Origin: Planctomycetaceae bacterium
Lineage (GTDB): Bacteria > Planctomycetota > Planctomycetia > Planctomycetales > Planctomycetaceae
Assembly: GCA_041940305.1 (NCBI GenBank)
Contig: JBGTSJ010000007.1
Span: 1-64,000 of the forward strand
DNA: 64,000 nucleotides
Direction: 5' to 3'
Of the stretch, positions 32,904 to 41,969 are shown one piece after another. Both the position numbers and the translations under genes were made by a program. The notes under the pieces are model-generated. The model had not been told where the DNA came from. It ran no database searches and worked only from the letters and a program-made list of their open reading frames with translations. Position 1 is the stretch's first letter. The number at the start of each line of letters is the position of its first letter.

Positions 32904-34853
32904 TCAGCCCTTCGCCGACAGCAGGCCTCGCAACTCCCGAATCGCCCCGTCCACCTCGCGGTACGCCCCCGACTCAGGCAACCCAGCCGCCCGCTGAATC
33001 TCCTCTCCCAGCGTCCCCAGCAGTTCCTCATTGAGCAGCCCCCACAGCCACGCCCCGCGCCGCGCCGTAAACGCCGCGTGCAGTTGCCGCAGCTTGGCTT
33101 CGACATAACCCGACCCCGTCGCGGCTCCTTCGCTGATTACGGTCTCTCCCACCGCCGCCGTGATCGTTCCCCCCAGCACGTCGCTCGCCACGTGCATCGC
33201 CCCGGTCGCCGCAAAGTCCGGCAGCGGAATCCCGCTGATGAACAGCACCACGCTGGTCACCGGCCGGGCCGCCGCCGCCGCCATATCCAGCCGCCTCACC
33301 ATGTTGAAATGCCGCGGACTCTCCTCCCGAAAGTTCGACAACTGTCGCCGCACTACGTCTTCCAGTTCCGCATCCAGATTCACCGCGCGATGCGCCGCTT
33401 CAACTTTCGACAGCAGCGCACTCCGCGACGTCCCGCTCAACAGTCGTTCCAGCCGCTCACGCAGCACCGAGTTCCCCATCTCCGACACGAACGCCAGTCG
33501 TTCATAGATCCGCTCGACCGTCGTCAGGATCGCCGACCACTCCTGCCGGCGGTACGCCTCCCACGGCGACTCCGGCTTCCCCTGGATCACATCCCGCGCC
33601 GCCTTCACCGGCCAGATGATCCCCTGCCCGACGACGTTGTAAAACCCGTGCACCTTCGCCGACCACCCCTCCCGCTGCCCGCGCCACCAGTTGCGGACCT
33701 CGCCGATCAGCACCGCATTTGGCACCGGCGGCCACGCCGATACCCGCTCCGCCTGATGCGGCAGCAGCATCTCCGCCGCCGACCGGAACTCCCGCGAAGC
33801 CGCCGCCACCTCCGCCAGATACCCCGGCGCACCATCCGGCCGCACCACCCGCTCCAGCGCTCCGCGCAACGCCCGCAGTTTCACATCGGCAAACCGCAAC
33901 CGCGAAAGGTCCGCCATAATATTCCGCGCCGCCCCATCCGCATCCCCCCTCTCCCCGCCACGCCGCTCCCCACTCTCATTCCGCTCCACGCGGGGAGAGG
34001 GGCCGGGGGTGAGGGGCAACTCACCGTCGGCCGCGATCCTCGTTGAGTCGCCGCTAAGCGGTGTTGAGTCGCCAAACGCCCGCTCATAAAAGGGCAGTCG
34101 CAACCCCTCCGCCCCCCGACGGTCATTCGGCGCCACATACAACCATTCGGGCCTCACCCCCGTCTCGCGCATAAACGTCTCCAGCCAACGCGGCCAGAAC
34201 TCCTCATCCTCCGGCAGCAGGCACTGGTTGAACAGCACCACCACCCCCTTGTCTTCCGCCGCCGCATGCCGGAAGAACTCCTTCACCGCCGCGTCGTTGT
34301 ATTTCTGCTGCGTCAGCACCGCGATCAACAGGTCCGCGCACTGCCGGATATGATCCGCCCGCTCCCAGTTAATCCGCGCATCGCTGTCCACATCGGGGGT
34401 GTCCAGCACCAGCAGGTTCTCCGGCGTCGCATCGCTCTCCCGCCAGTAGAGGCGGTGGGCATCCGTCTCATCGAGCGCCGCCTCCGCCCGCTCCCACGGA
34501 ATCAACTCGAACCCCGGAAACACCGCCGCCAGGTCGTGTCGCTCCGCAAACCCCCGCGGCACGATGCACACCGGATGCTTCGTCCCCGAGGCCAGCGGAC
34601 TCGAAGCGCTCGCCTTCTCCCCGGCGATGTGGTTGAACACCACGCTCTTGCCGATGTTCGTCCCCCCGACGACCGCCACCACCAGGTAGGCATCATCGGT
34701 CAACTGCGGAATCAGCTTCCGCTCCAGCAGCTCAAACCACTCCCGCCCCGCCAGCCCCCGCACCCCCGCACCCCGGCTCTCCTCCTCCACCCGCAAGAGC
34801 GCATCCCGCAACCCCCGCACCGCCTCAGCAAACTCATCAAATGCGGCTGGCAT
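32904..34853 (-). CDS. Membrane-anchored dynamin-like P-loop GTPase, paralog 2
   Basis: P-loop VVGGTNIGKSVVFNHIAG. LLVLDTPDVDS. The start at ATG 34853 (MPAAFDEFAEAV) is preferred because the 28 upstream codons translate palindromic repeat E. A 72-bp family-2 palindrome is in-frame at 33945-34016. Confidence 0.68.
   Translation of the reverse strand: MPAAFDEFAEAVRGLRDALLRVEEESRGAGVRGLAGREWFELLERKLIPQLTDDAYLVVAVVGGTNIGKSVVFNHIAGEKASASSPLASGTKHPVCIVPRGFAERHDLAAVFPGFELIPWERAEAALDETDAHRLYWRESDATPENLLVLDTPDVDSDARINWERADHIRQCADLLIAVLTQQKYNDAAVKEFFRHAAAEDKGVVVLFNQCLLPEDEEFWPRWLETFMRETGVRPEWLYVAPNDRRGAEGLRLPFYERAFGDSTPLSGDSTRIAADGELPLTPGPSPRVERNESGERRGGERGDADGAARNIMADLSRLRFADVKLRALRGALERVVRPDGAPGYLAEVAAASREFRSAAEMLLPHQAERVSAWPPVPNAVLIGEVRNWWRGQREGWSAKVHGFYNVVGQGIIWPVKAARDVIQGKPESPWEAYRRQEWSAILTTVERIYERLAFVSEMGNSVLRERLERLLSGTSRSALLSKVEAAHRAVNLDAELEDVVRRQLSNFREESPRHFNMVRRLDMAAAAARPVTSVVLFISGIPLPDFAATGAMHVASDVLGGTITAAVGETVISEGAATGSGYVEAKLRQLHAAFTARRGAWLWGLLNEELLGTLGEEIQRAAGLPESGAYREVDGAIRELRGLLSAKG
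33945..34016. repeat. Family-2 palindromic element P4, in-frame inside GTPase paralog 2
   Basis: CCCCCCTCTCCCC-(38 bp)-GGGGAGAGGGGCCGGGGGTGAGGGG. The right arm is an exact reverse complement of P2's left arm. It encodes PLTPGPSPRVERNESGERRGGERGDADGAARN. Confidence 0.85.
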
Positions 34854-34863
34854 GAGGCACGAA

Positions 34864-35094
34864 GGGGGTACGCAGATGACGCAGATGCAGAGGATTGACG
34901 CAGATGCTGCGCAGGTCTTGAAGGACGGCAGAAACACTAATAGCCGCTAATCTACGCTAATTCCTGCATGAGTGTCGATTAGCGGTGATTAGCGTTCCCC
35001 TCTTCGCTTTTTTTTCCATCCCGTCGTTCGCTGTCCGCCGTCACCTCTTGAAATCCGCGTCAATCCGCCCCATCCGCGTCATCCGCGGCCCCCC
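34864..35094. repeat. Family-1 palindromic element, copy E, 231 bp, with nested internal inverted repeats
   Basis: Arms GGGGGTACGCAGATGACGCAGATGCAGAGGATTGACGCAGATGC and GAAATCCGCGTCAATCCGCCCCATCCGCGTCATCCGCGGCCCCCC. The core carries CCGCTAATC...GATTAGCGG inverted repeats. It overlaps the last 11 codons of the PVC dehydrogenase gene. Confidence 0.9.
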
Positions 35095-38000
35095 TTCCCT
35101 CCACCCCCAGCGACTCGAGGTACGCCAACAGGTCGCGGAACTCCTGCACCGTCATCCGCTCCCACAGTTTCTCCGGCATCACCGACACCCGCTGCGGCAC
35201 CCGCTCCTCGATCTCATACGTCGAGATCTCCGTCGTCCGCCCCTCGCTGTCCCCCAGCACTGTCCGCCCCTCGTTCTCATGCACGATCATCCCCGTATGC
35301 ACCACGCCGTCCGTGGTCAGCATGTTCCACGTCGTAAACTGCGGCGACACGTCCTTGCTGGGCTCCAGGATCGAATCGATCAGCTTCTCCCGCGTAAAGC
35401 TCCGCCCCACATAAGATAAATCCGGCCCCACCCGCCCCCCGCGCCCTTCAACGGTGTGGCACTTGTAACAACCGGGCCCGTTGGGGTGATAGAACACGCG
35501 GCGACCGGAGGCGACTGGATCAATGCCGGTACTCGAGCGAAGCTCCTCGTAATCGGAGGTTACCGGCAACAGCTCGGCCTTCCAGACTTCGATACGCTGA
35601 GGACGTTTGCTCCATGCCTCCTCATACATGTTGAAGCGAGCGTCATCCGCTGGCGCTGCGAGATAAAGCTGCTCCAGCCACTCCTGCAGGCTCCATGGAT
35701 TGCCGGAGTAGGCGTTCAACGAGCCTGCCACTTCGTCGCGAATTCGCTCATCAGATCGCGAGAGCGGCCGGAGTGAGCGAATCGCCGCCATTGCGAAATC
35801 GAAGTCCGAGCGCAGGAACTCCGTCAGCGCGGCCGTGGCTGGCTGATTGCCGCCGCCTTGAGCCGCGATCTTGGATAAGCCGAGCATGGCTTCTTCCACC
35901 AGAGCTGAGTATCGCGAGCGGGCCAGGCTCAGTTCAGCAAACTCGGCTTCGCTCAGTTCATCAATGGCTGCGTCGCTGAGACCGGATTCGTCGAACGGAT
36001 CCGGCTGCTTCGCTACCTCAATCAATAGCCCCTCCACTTCTTTGAGCGGCGACTCGCACAGCGACCGTACCGTCTCCAGCCGCAGATCAAAGTCGTCGCT
36101 CGCCAGCAACGCTTTCCACACGTCGATCGTGAGTTGCGGATCATCCGCCTCCACCAGCCGCAGCGCCTGCACCTTCACCGCATCCGGCGTCTCGGCATTC
36201 GTCAGCAGCGGCACAACATATTTCCCGATCGGCGCCTGCTCAAACTCCCGCGGACTCCGCCCATCCAGCATGTCCAGCGCCGCGATCGTCGCCAGAAACA
36301 ACTCCGTCGTCATCGGCTCGCTGGTGAGCACCCCCTCCACCTGCGGCCGCAATTCGGAAAGCCCCTCTTCCGCCGCCCACTGGACCGCGATGCGTCGGAC
36401 CTCGGGATCAGTATTAGCAATTGCGATCCGCAGAAACTCGTCGTCCTCTGCAAACGCGCGCCGCACCGCCAGCACCAAGACACATCGTGATGCAGACGAG
36501 ATCTCTCCAAGTCGCCGCCTCACAATTTCATCGCCGAACGTACGAGGTTCTCGATTCGCAATCGCCATTCGAAAGTAGATCCTGAGTTCCTCCTTATCCC
36601 GGGCGAGCGAGTCCACGAGGGCCGATGCCAGATTCTGAGGAATCTGCTCACGCTGTAGCTGATGAATCCTGAGAGTGCGCGCCTGCTCAAGTGGATGGCC
36701 GCCGTTGGAAAAGAACGCGGCGACGCTTCGCGATTCCCATGATTCGTACTTATCTGGCAACGTAGCGTTCCTCGGCCAGAGGAGCATGTAGTTCCAGTCG
36801 CGGTAATCCCGCACAGGACATTGAGGCACGCGACCGATGACTCTCATCATAGCGGTGCGCACTTCGTCCAGGGGCCAATGGATCACATTGGACTCTGTGC
36901 CGGTAAACCCGTAGTCAAATTCCTCAATTGGAACTTGAACGGCCTGCCAGGCAGCTTCGACTCGAGCGCGTGCGCTTAACGAACCATCATTCAGGATGTC
37001 GCTCAGCTTCTCTCGACCGTCGGCAGTTCCTCGCAATTGTTTCGCCGCGAGGCGTCGCATCGTCAACTGCCGTGAATTGAGCATTTTCGCAAGTGTTCCA
37101 ACTTCCAGTTCCGCGGATCCTCCGTCGCCACCGGAATCTTCCTCAGGCCGGGTCGGCGGCGGCTTCCCGCTAAACGGCGGATCGACGGCGCTGATCCGCC
37201 ACACCCGCCCATGCCCGTGCAGGTTGTAGTCCCGCTTCACCCAGTCGGTGCAATACAGGCTGCCGTCCGGAGCAAGCGCCAGTCCCACCGGTCGGAAATC
37301 CTCACCCCCCACGACCAGCGGCTCCGCAATCGACTCGAACGACGCACCCCGCGGCTGCAGCCGGAACCGGTCGATCCGGTGATCCCCCCAACTCGTCACC
37401 AGCAGGTTGCCCAGATACTCCTCCGGAAACGCATCGTGCTCATACGCCACAATCCCGCTCGGAGCTTCCCCCGTCCCTGCCACCATCGGCAGCGTCCCCG
37501 GGATCTCCCCGTTCCAGGCGGTAAACGGATGCTGCCCCTTGCGGCCGTTGCGGAACTTGTACCCGTAGTCCCCCCCTTCGATGACATGCAGCAACCGGCA
37601 CGGCGGCCTGCTGTCCGGATCGTTATCAACCGTGAACAACCGCCCGAACGCATCCACGCACGAAGCATGCGGATTCCAGAACCCGGTCGCCCAGTGGGAG
37701 AGCTGCGTCCCATCCGGCCGCATGCGGTAGATGTTGCCCCCCTCGCCACCGCCGGTGAGGGCCAATGAGCCGCGACCGGAAGGGAGCGGCCCGTCGGTCG
37801 CACCGGCGTCGTCGTCAATTTCTAGGCCGCTTCCCGCCGGGCGCGGCTCTTTGAGCGACTCTCGACCAACAAGCGTGTAGTCCTCGCCCAGATTCTCCCC
37901 GAACCCGAAGTACATCCACCCCAGCGCATCAAACGCAAACCCCGCCAGCCCGTTATGCGGATAGTTCCCCTTCGTCTCCAGCCGCGCCAGCACCGTCTGC

Positions 38001-38548
38001 CGATCGCACACATCATCCCCGTCCAGGTCCTCCAGCAGCAGAATCTCCCGCCGCGTCGCCAGAAACACCTGCAGCGGGTGCTGAGAGCCGCGACCGGCAG
38101 GGAGCGGTTCGGCGGTGGGATCATCGTCCATCTCCGGGCCGCTTCCCGCCGCGCGCGGCTCCTTCCCATCTCCATCGACCATCGTCTCTCGACCATCGAC
38201 CCTCACCGCGTCCATCCACACTGGCCGCACCGCCACGCTCATCGCATGCGTGAACCCGTCCGTGAATACCCGCACGTCATCCGCTCGCCCGTCCCCGTCG
38301 GTGTCCGCCATCACCAGCAGCCGGTCGCTCGGATGCCCGTCATATCCCTCCGGCCGGAAGTGCGTATTGCTCTCAATGGCCCACACGCGCCCCCGCGCAT
38401 CCACATCCATCCCCGTCGGCGTCCGAATCTGAGGCTGCTCCGCAAACAGCTCGATCCGAATCCGCGCATCCACCGATCGCGGCCCTTCCTCTGCCGAGCT
38501 GACCGAGCACGCACACAACACCAGTCCGACGACGCAAAGTCTGAGCAT
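35060..38548 (-). CDS. PVC-type membrane-bound dehydrogenase domain plus HEAT repeats plus C-terminal CxxCH haem-binding domain protein (TIGR02604/TIGR02603-like)
   Basis: Signal peptide MLRLCVVGLVLCACSVSSA. An N-terminal beta-propeller dehydrogenase-like region, HEAT-like repeats and a C-terminal CYKCH haem-c motif. The last 10 aa (GAADDADGAD*) are encoded inside palindromic repeat E. Confidence 0.85.
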   Translation of the reverse strand: MLRLCVVGLVLCACSVSSAEEGPRSVDARIRIELFAEQPQIRTPTGMDVDARGRVWAIESNTHFRPEGYDGHPSDRLLVMADTDGDGRADDVRVFTDGFTHAMSVAVRPVWMDAVRVDGRETMVDGDGKEPRAAGSGPEMDDDPTAEPLPAGRGSQHPLQVFLATRREILLLEDLDGDDVCDRQTVLARLETKGNYPHNGLAGFAFDALGWMYFGFGENLGEDYTLVGRESLKEPRPAGSGLEIDDDAGATDGPLPSGRGSLALTGGGEGGNIYRMRPDGTQLSHWATGFWNPHASCVDAFGRLFTVDNDPDSRPPCRLLHVIEGGDYGYKFRNGRKGQHPFTAWNGEIPGTLPMVAGTGEAPSGIVAYEHDAFPEEYLGNLLVTSWGDHRIDRFRLQPRGASFESIAEPLVVGGEDFRPVGLALAPDGSLYCTDWVKRDYNLHGHGRVWRISAVDPPFSGKPPPTRPEEDSGGDGGSAELEVGTLAKMLNSRQLTMRRLAAKQLRGTADGREKLSDILNDGSLSARARVEAAWQAVQVPIEEFDYGFTGTESNVIHWPLDEVRTAMMRVIGRVPQCPVRDYRDWNYMLLWPRNATLPDKYESWESRSVAAFFSNGGHPLEQARTLRIHQLQREQIPQNLASALVDSLARDKEELRIYFRMAIANREPRTFGDEIVRRRLGEISSASRCVLVLAVRRAFAEDDEFLRIAIANTDPEVRRIAVQWAAEEGLSELRPQVEGVLTSEPMTTELFLATIAALDMLDGRSPREFEQAPIGKYVVPLLTNAETPDAVKVQALRLVEADDPQLTIDVWKALLASDDFDLRLETVRSLCESPLKEVEGLLIEVAKQPDPFDESGLSDAAIDELSEAEFAELSLARSRYSALVEEAMLGLSKIAAQGGGNQPATAALTEFLRSDFDFAMAAIRSLRPLSRSDERIRDEVAGSLNAYSGNPWSLQEWLEQLYLAAPADDARFNMYEEAWSKRPQRIEVWKAELLPVTSDYEELRSSTGIDPVASGRRVFYHPNGPGCYKCHTVEGRGGRVGPDLSYVGRSFTREKLIDSILEPSKDVSPQFTTWNMLTTDGVVHTGMIVHENEGRTVLGDSEGRTTEISTYEIEERVPQRVSVMPEKLWERMTVQEFRDLLAYLESLGVEGRGAADDADGAD
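37767..37849. repeat. Family-3 palindromic element, copy 1, in-frame inside the PVC dehydrogenase gene
   Basis: GAGCCGCGACCGGAAGGGAGCGGCCCG-(31 bp)-GGCCGCTTCCCGCCGGGCGCGGCTC. It encodes [28 protein letters not shown] on the minus strand. Confidence 0.85.
38084..38162. repeat. Family-3 palindromic element, copy 2, in-frame inside the PVC dehydrogenase gene
   Basis: GAGCCGCGACCGGCAGGGAGCGGTTCGGCGG-(22 bp)-CCGGGCCGCTTCCCGCCGCGCGCGGCTCC. It encodes [30 protein letters not shown] and lies 317 bp from copy 1 in the same orientation. Confidence 0.85.
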
Positions 38549-38644
38549 CCGTCCCCTCCCAACACGTTTAGCCGCGACTCGAAGAGCGCGCCCCCCTCTA
38601 AGGTACCTCCAACACGTTAAACAAGGTCCCCACAATCCCCTCCC

Positions 38645-38715
38645 CCTGACCTCCGAGCCCCTGACCTCCGAGCCCCTGACCTCTGACCTCTGACCTCTGT
38701 CCTCTGTCCACCGAC
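38645..38715. repeat. Degenerate TGACCTC (GAGGTCA) heptamer / 15-mer tandem repeats in the 5' region of the PVC dehydrogenase gene
   Basis: (CCTGACCTCCGAGCC)x2, then TGACCTC x3, then TGTCCTC and TGTCCAC. This is the reverse complement of the (AGAGGTC)n tract at 54764 and it reads GAGGTCA toward the downstream gene at both loci. Confidence 0.85.
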
Positions 38716-38729
38716 CCCTGACTCCGTCC

Positions 38730-39611
38730 TCACTCCCCTGCCACCCGCTTCACAAACTCAAACAACGCTTCCGACGGCGCATCCCCATCCGTCCCCAGGT
38801 TGTCGTTCAGCTTCACATGATCCGTGTCCCGCGCCCCGTACGGCGTCGAGTCGATCCCCGCCTCGCTCAGCACATTGTGCAGCCGCCGCGCCTGCGCCGA
38901 GACGTCCGGATGATTGCTCACGTACAGAATCAGAAACGGCGGAATCCCCTTCTCGGGCGCGATGTGCGTCACCGTCGAGAAGTCCACGTGCTTCTCCGGG
39001 TCGTTGCCGAACTTCTGACGATGCCCGAATGTCGGCAGCGGGAATCCATGAGCGCGGCAGCGGACTTCCGCCACTTCGATGATCGCCGGGATGTCGTACG
39101 TGTCCCCGTCCACCGGCACGCACCCCTTCAGCACCGACGGCGACACCCCTTCCGCCTCGATGTATCGGTGATCGCAGCACAGCAGCGCCGCCAGCTGCGC
39201 CCCCGCCGAGTGCCCCATCACGAGGATCCGCTCCGGGTCCCCGCCGTACTCGGCGATATGCGCATGCACCCACCCCAGCGCCTTGGCCACGTCCTGCACC
39301 AGCGTCTCCATGTCCACGTCCGGCAGCAGGCGGTAGTTCGTCGACACGAACACCAGCCCCCGCTCCACGAACGCCCGCGGCTTCGCTTCCACCTCCGACT
39401 TGTCCCCCACCTGCCAGCCCCCGCCATGAATCCAGAACACCACGGGCGCCCCGCGCGCATCATCCGGCGCATAAATATCCAACACCTGCCGCTCTCCCGC
39501 CGGCTCCGCATACGGCACGTCCTGCACCACCACGTCTCCCCGCACCGCAGGTACGAGAATGCACAACGCTCCCACCACCAGCGCACACAACGCGAACTGA
39601 TTCCGCATCAC
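38730..39611 (-). CDS. Secreted alpha/beta-hydrolase-fold esterase/lipase (Abhydrolase_3-like)
   Basis: Signal peptide [23 protein letters not shown]. Oxyanion HGGGW ([14 protein letters not shown]). Nucleophile elbow GHSAG ([10 protein letters not shown]). Confidence 0.85.
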   Translation of the reverse strand: MMRNQFALCALVVGALCILVPAVRGDVVVQDVPYAEPAGERQVLDIYAPDDARGAPVVFWIHGGGWQVGDKSEVEAKPRAFVERGLVFVSTNYRLLPDVDMETLVQDVAKALGWVHAHIAEYGGDPERILVMGHSAGAQLAALLCCDHRYIEAEGVSPSVLKGCVPVDGDTYDIPAIIEVAEVRCRAHGFPLPTFGHRQKFGNDPEKHVDFSTVTHIAPEKGIPPFLILYVSNHPDVSAQARRLHNVLSEAGIDSTPYGARDTDHVKLNDNLGTDGDAPSEALFEFVKRVAGE

Positions 39612-39702
39612 CCGGCTCCCCTGTTTGAGAACGACCCTTCACGACAACAAGTCCGATCATCCACGCTTACGAGTGCGAATCCATCCGCCGAGCCGTGGCG
39701 CT

Positions 39703-40911
39703 TTACCGGACCTGGACGCGGGCCGTCTCCCGGGGGAGCGTCAGCCGAAAGCACGTCCCCGGACCGCCGCTCGACTCCACCTCGATCCGCCCCCGGTGCC
39801 CCTCCACGATCCGCTTGGCGATCGACAGCCCCAGTCCCGTTCCTCCTTTGCCGTCGCGGGCAGCGCCGCTCACGAACGGCCGGAACAGGTTCCGCTGCGT
39901 CTCCGGATCGATCCCCGGCCCCCGATCGCTCACCCGTACGATCACGTATTCCGGGTCCGAAGACAGGTTCAGCCGCACCCGCTCTCCTGCCGGAGAGAAC
40001 TTAACCGCATTGTCAATCAGGTTGTTGAACACCTGCTCCAGCTTCCCCGCGTCCCCGTTGATCTCGGCATCCGCGGAGGAGTTCGCATCCAGGTCCAGCT
40101 CCACCCCCGACTTCCGCGCAATCGGCCGGAACCTCTTCACCAGCCCGTCCAGAAACGGCACGATCGGAATCAGCGTCAGCTCCAGCTGCAACCGCCCCGC
40201 CTCGATCGACGACACGTCCAGCACATTGTTGACCAGCCGGTTCATCGACTCCGCCGTCTGGTGCATCGTCCGCAGCATGTCCCGCTCTTCCTCGTTCAGC
40301 CGCGCGTCCGCCGCCAGAATCAGATATTCGCTATACATCTGCAGGATGGCGATCGGATTGCGCAGGTCATGCGCAACCACCCCCAGCGCCCGGTTCTTCT
40401 CCTCGTTCATCCGGTTGAGCTGCGCCGCCTGCTTGTGAAGCTGGCGCTGCGTGTTGACCAGCTCGTTGTTGAGCCGGCTCATCTCGTCGTACACCCCCGC
40501 ATCGCTCAGCCGCCGCGACCGCGTGACGAGAATCTGCTTCACCGCGTCCCGGACCAGGTTCGCCTGCTCGTTGTTGATGCCTGCCAGCTCTTCCAGGTAC
40601 GCCAGCACCGAATGCCGCGACTGGATCCCGCAGATCAGATAACCGTCTCCCGTCCATCCTCCGACGAAATGCAGCGTCTGCGGCAGTTCTCCCAGGCACG
40701 CGTCCAGTTCCCAGTCGAACGCCGCCCCGGTGAACCGCACCGCATCCAGAAACGCCTGCCCCTTCGCGCGGCTCGATTCGTCCAGTAGCAACTTGAAGGA
40801 ACGCCCCACGAAGTGATCGGCGATCTGCAGGTCGTCCCGCACAAACCGCTCGACCACACCGTCCCCGCGGCAGATCACGCCGAATCCCACAGAGCCTGAG
40901 CCCGTGCTCAT
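39703..40911 (-). CDS. PAS-domain sensor histidine kinase
   Basis: H-box VVAHDLRNPI, an N-box and the G-boxes of an HATPase_c domain, with an N-terminal PAS-like domain. ATG 40911 overlaps the stop of the upstream B12-binding gene (ATGA). The long GC-rich N-terminal extension of the ORF is rejected. Confidence 0.82.
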   Translation of the reverse strand: MSTGSGSVGFGVICRGDGVVERFVRDDLQIADHFVGRSFKLLLDESSRAKGQAFLDAVRFTGAAFDWELDACLGELPQTLHFVGGWTGDGYLICGIQSRHSVLAYLEELAGINNEQANLVRDAVKQILVTRSRRLSDAGVYDEMSRLNNELVNTQRQLHKQAAQLNRMNEEKNRALGVVAHDLRNPIAILQMYSEYLILAADARLNEEERDMLRTMHQTAESMNRLVNNVLDVSSIEAGRLQLELTLIPIVPFLDGLVKRFRPIARKSGVELDLDANSSADAEINGDAGKLEQVFNNLIDNAVKFSPAGERVRLNLSSDPEYVIVRVSDRGPGIDPETQRNLFRPFVSGAARDGKGGTGLGLSIAKRIVEGHRGRIEVESSGGPGTCFRLTLPRETARVQVR

Positions 40912-41969
40912 GGCCGCGCCCCTCCGGTCATCAGTTGCCGACCTGTTAAGACCGCCTGCTCCGCATCGGCCGCCCAGCCGTCGGCTCCCACCCGCTCCCA
41001 CAGCTTGCCGTCCAGTAGAAACGGCCTTCCGCCCACCAGCACGCGCACCGCGGCTGCCGCGCGCACCGCCACGATCGTCTCCCGCAGCTTCGGCAGGTGG
41101 TACGTCATCGTCGCCGACAGCGCCAGCAGATCGGCCCCACGTTCCTGCACCTGCTGCACGATCCCCTGCACCGGCGTGCTCGCCCCCAGGAAATAACTGT
41201 CCCATCCGTCCAGTTCAAAGAAGTCCGCAATCATCCGCGACCCGATCTCGTGCAAATCCCCCCCGATGCACGCGCACACCATCACCCAGCCGTTCCGCTC
41301 TCCCCTCAGCAGATGCGGATACAGCTGCGACATCACCAGCTGCGTCACCGCCGTGCAGTAATGCTCCTGCGCGACGGAGATCTCGTTCACCTGCCACAAC
41401 CGCCCGATCTCATACTGCACCGGCTGGAAAACATGCAGGTAAACGTCCCGCACCGGCGTCCCCCCGGCGACGGCGTCCAGGATCAGCTTCAGCGCCCCCG
41501 CCCGATCCGCTCGCAAGAGCGCCGCGAGATAATCACGCGCCAGCGCACGCGTCCCGTCCGACAGCAGTGACCTCTTCTCCACCACGGCGTGACTCAACTG
41601 GGCGAGTCCGGCCTCAATCGCGTTCGAGAACACCGCCGCCTGCTCCGACGGCAGCCGCTCATCCAGCGTCTGGCGCAGGCACTCCAGGTTGACGATCAGG
41701 TCCTCCGTCCCCACGTTCCGCTCTTCGAGCACCACCCGTGCCCAGTTCACATAGTCCGCAAACAGCACCGCGCTCTCGGCTTCCACTGCCTCGGCGAGGT
41801 ACCGCAGGTGATACTCCGCGTCCTCCAGGCACCGCGCCCGCCCCGCTGCGCCGTATCGCTGCAGCACGTCCGGAGCGCGCACCGCATGCCGCTCCACGAT
41901 CGCAGACGCCAGCTCAGCCGTCCGCCCGCGCAGCTGCTCAACGGCAGCGGCTGCATGAGAATCCATCAC
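40908..41969 (-). CDS. Cobalamin (B12)-binding domain protein with an N-terminal helical (B12-binding_2-like) domain; CarH/AerR-like sensor module without a DNA-binding domain
   Basis: C-terminal B12-binding Rossmann motif VMVCACIGGDLHEIGSRMIADFFELDGWDSYFLGASTP contains the DxHxxG signature. About 190 aa of helical N-terminal domain. Confidence 0.78.
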   Translation of the reverse strand: MMDSHAAAAVEQLRGRTAELASAIVERHAVRAPDVLQRYGAAGRARCLEDAEYHLRYLAEAVEAESAVLFADYVNWARVVLEERNVGTEDLIVNLECLRQTLDERLPSEQAAVFSNAIEAGLAQLSHAVVEKRSLLSDGTRALARDYLAALLRADRAGALKLILDAVAGGTPVRDVYLHVFQPVQYEIGRLWQVNEISVAQEHYCTAVTQLVMSQLYPHLLRGERNGWVMVCACIGGDLHEIGSRMIADFFELDGWDSYFLGASTPVQGIVQQVQERGADLLALSATMTYHLPKLRETIVAVRAAAAVRVLVGGRPFLLDGKLWERVGADGWAADAEQAVLTGRQLMTGGARP

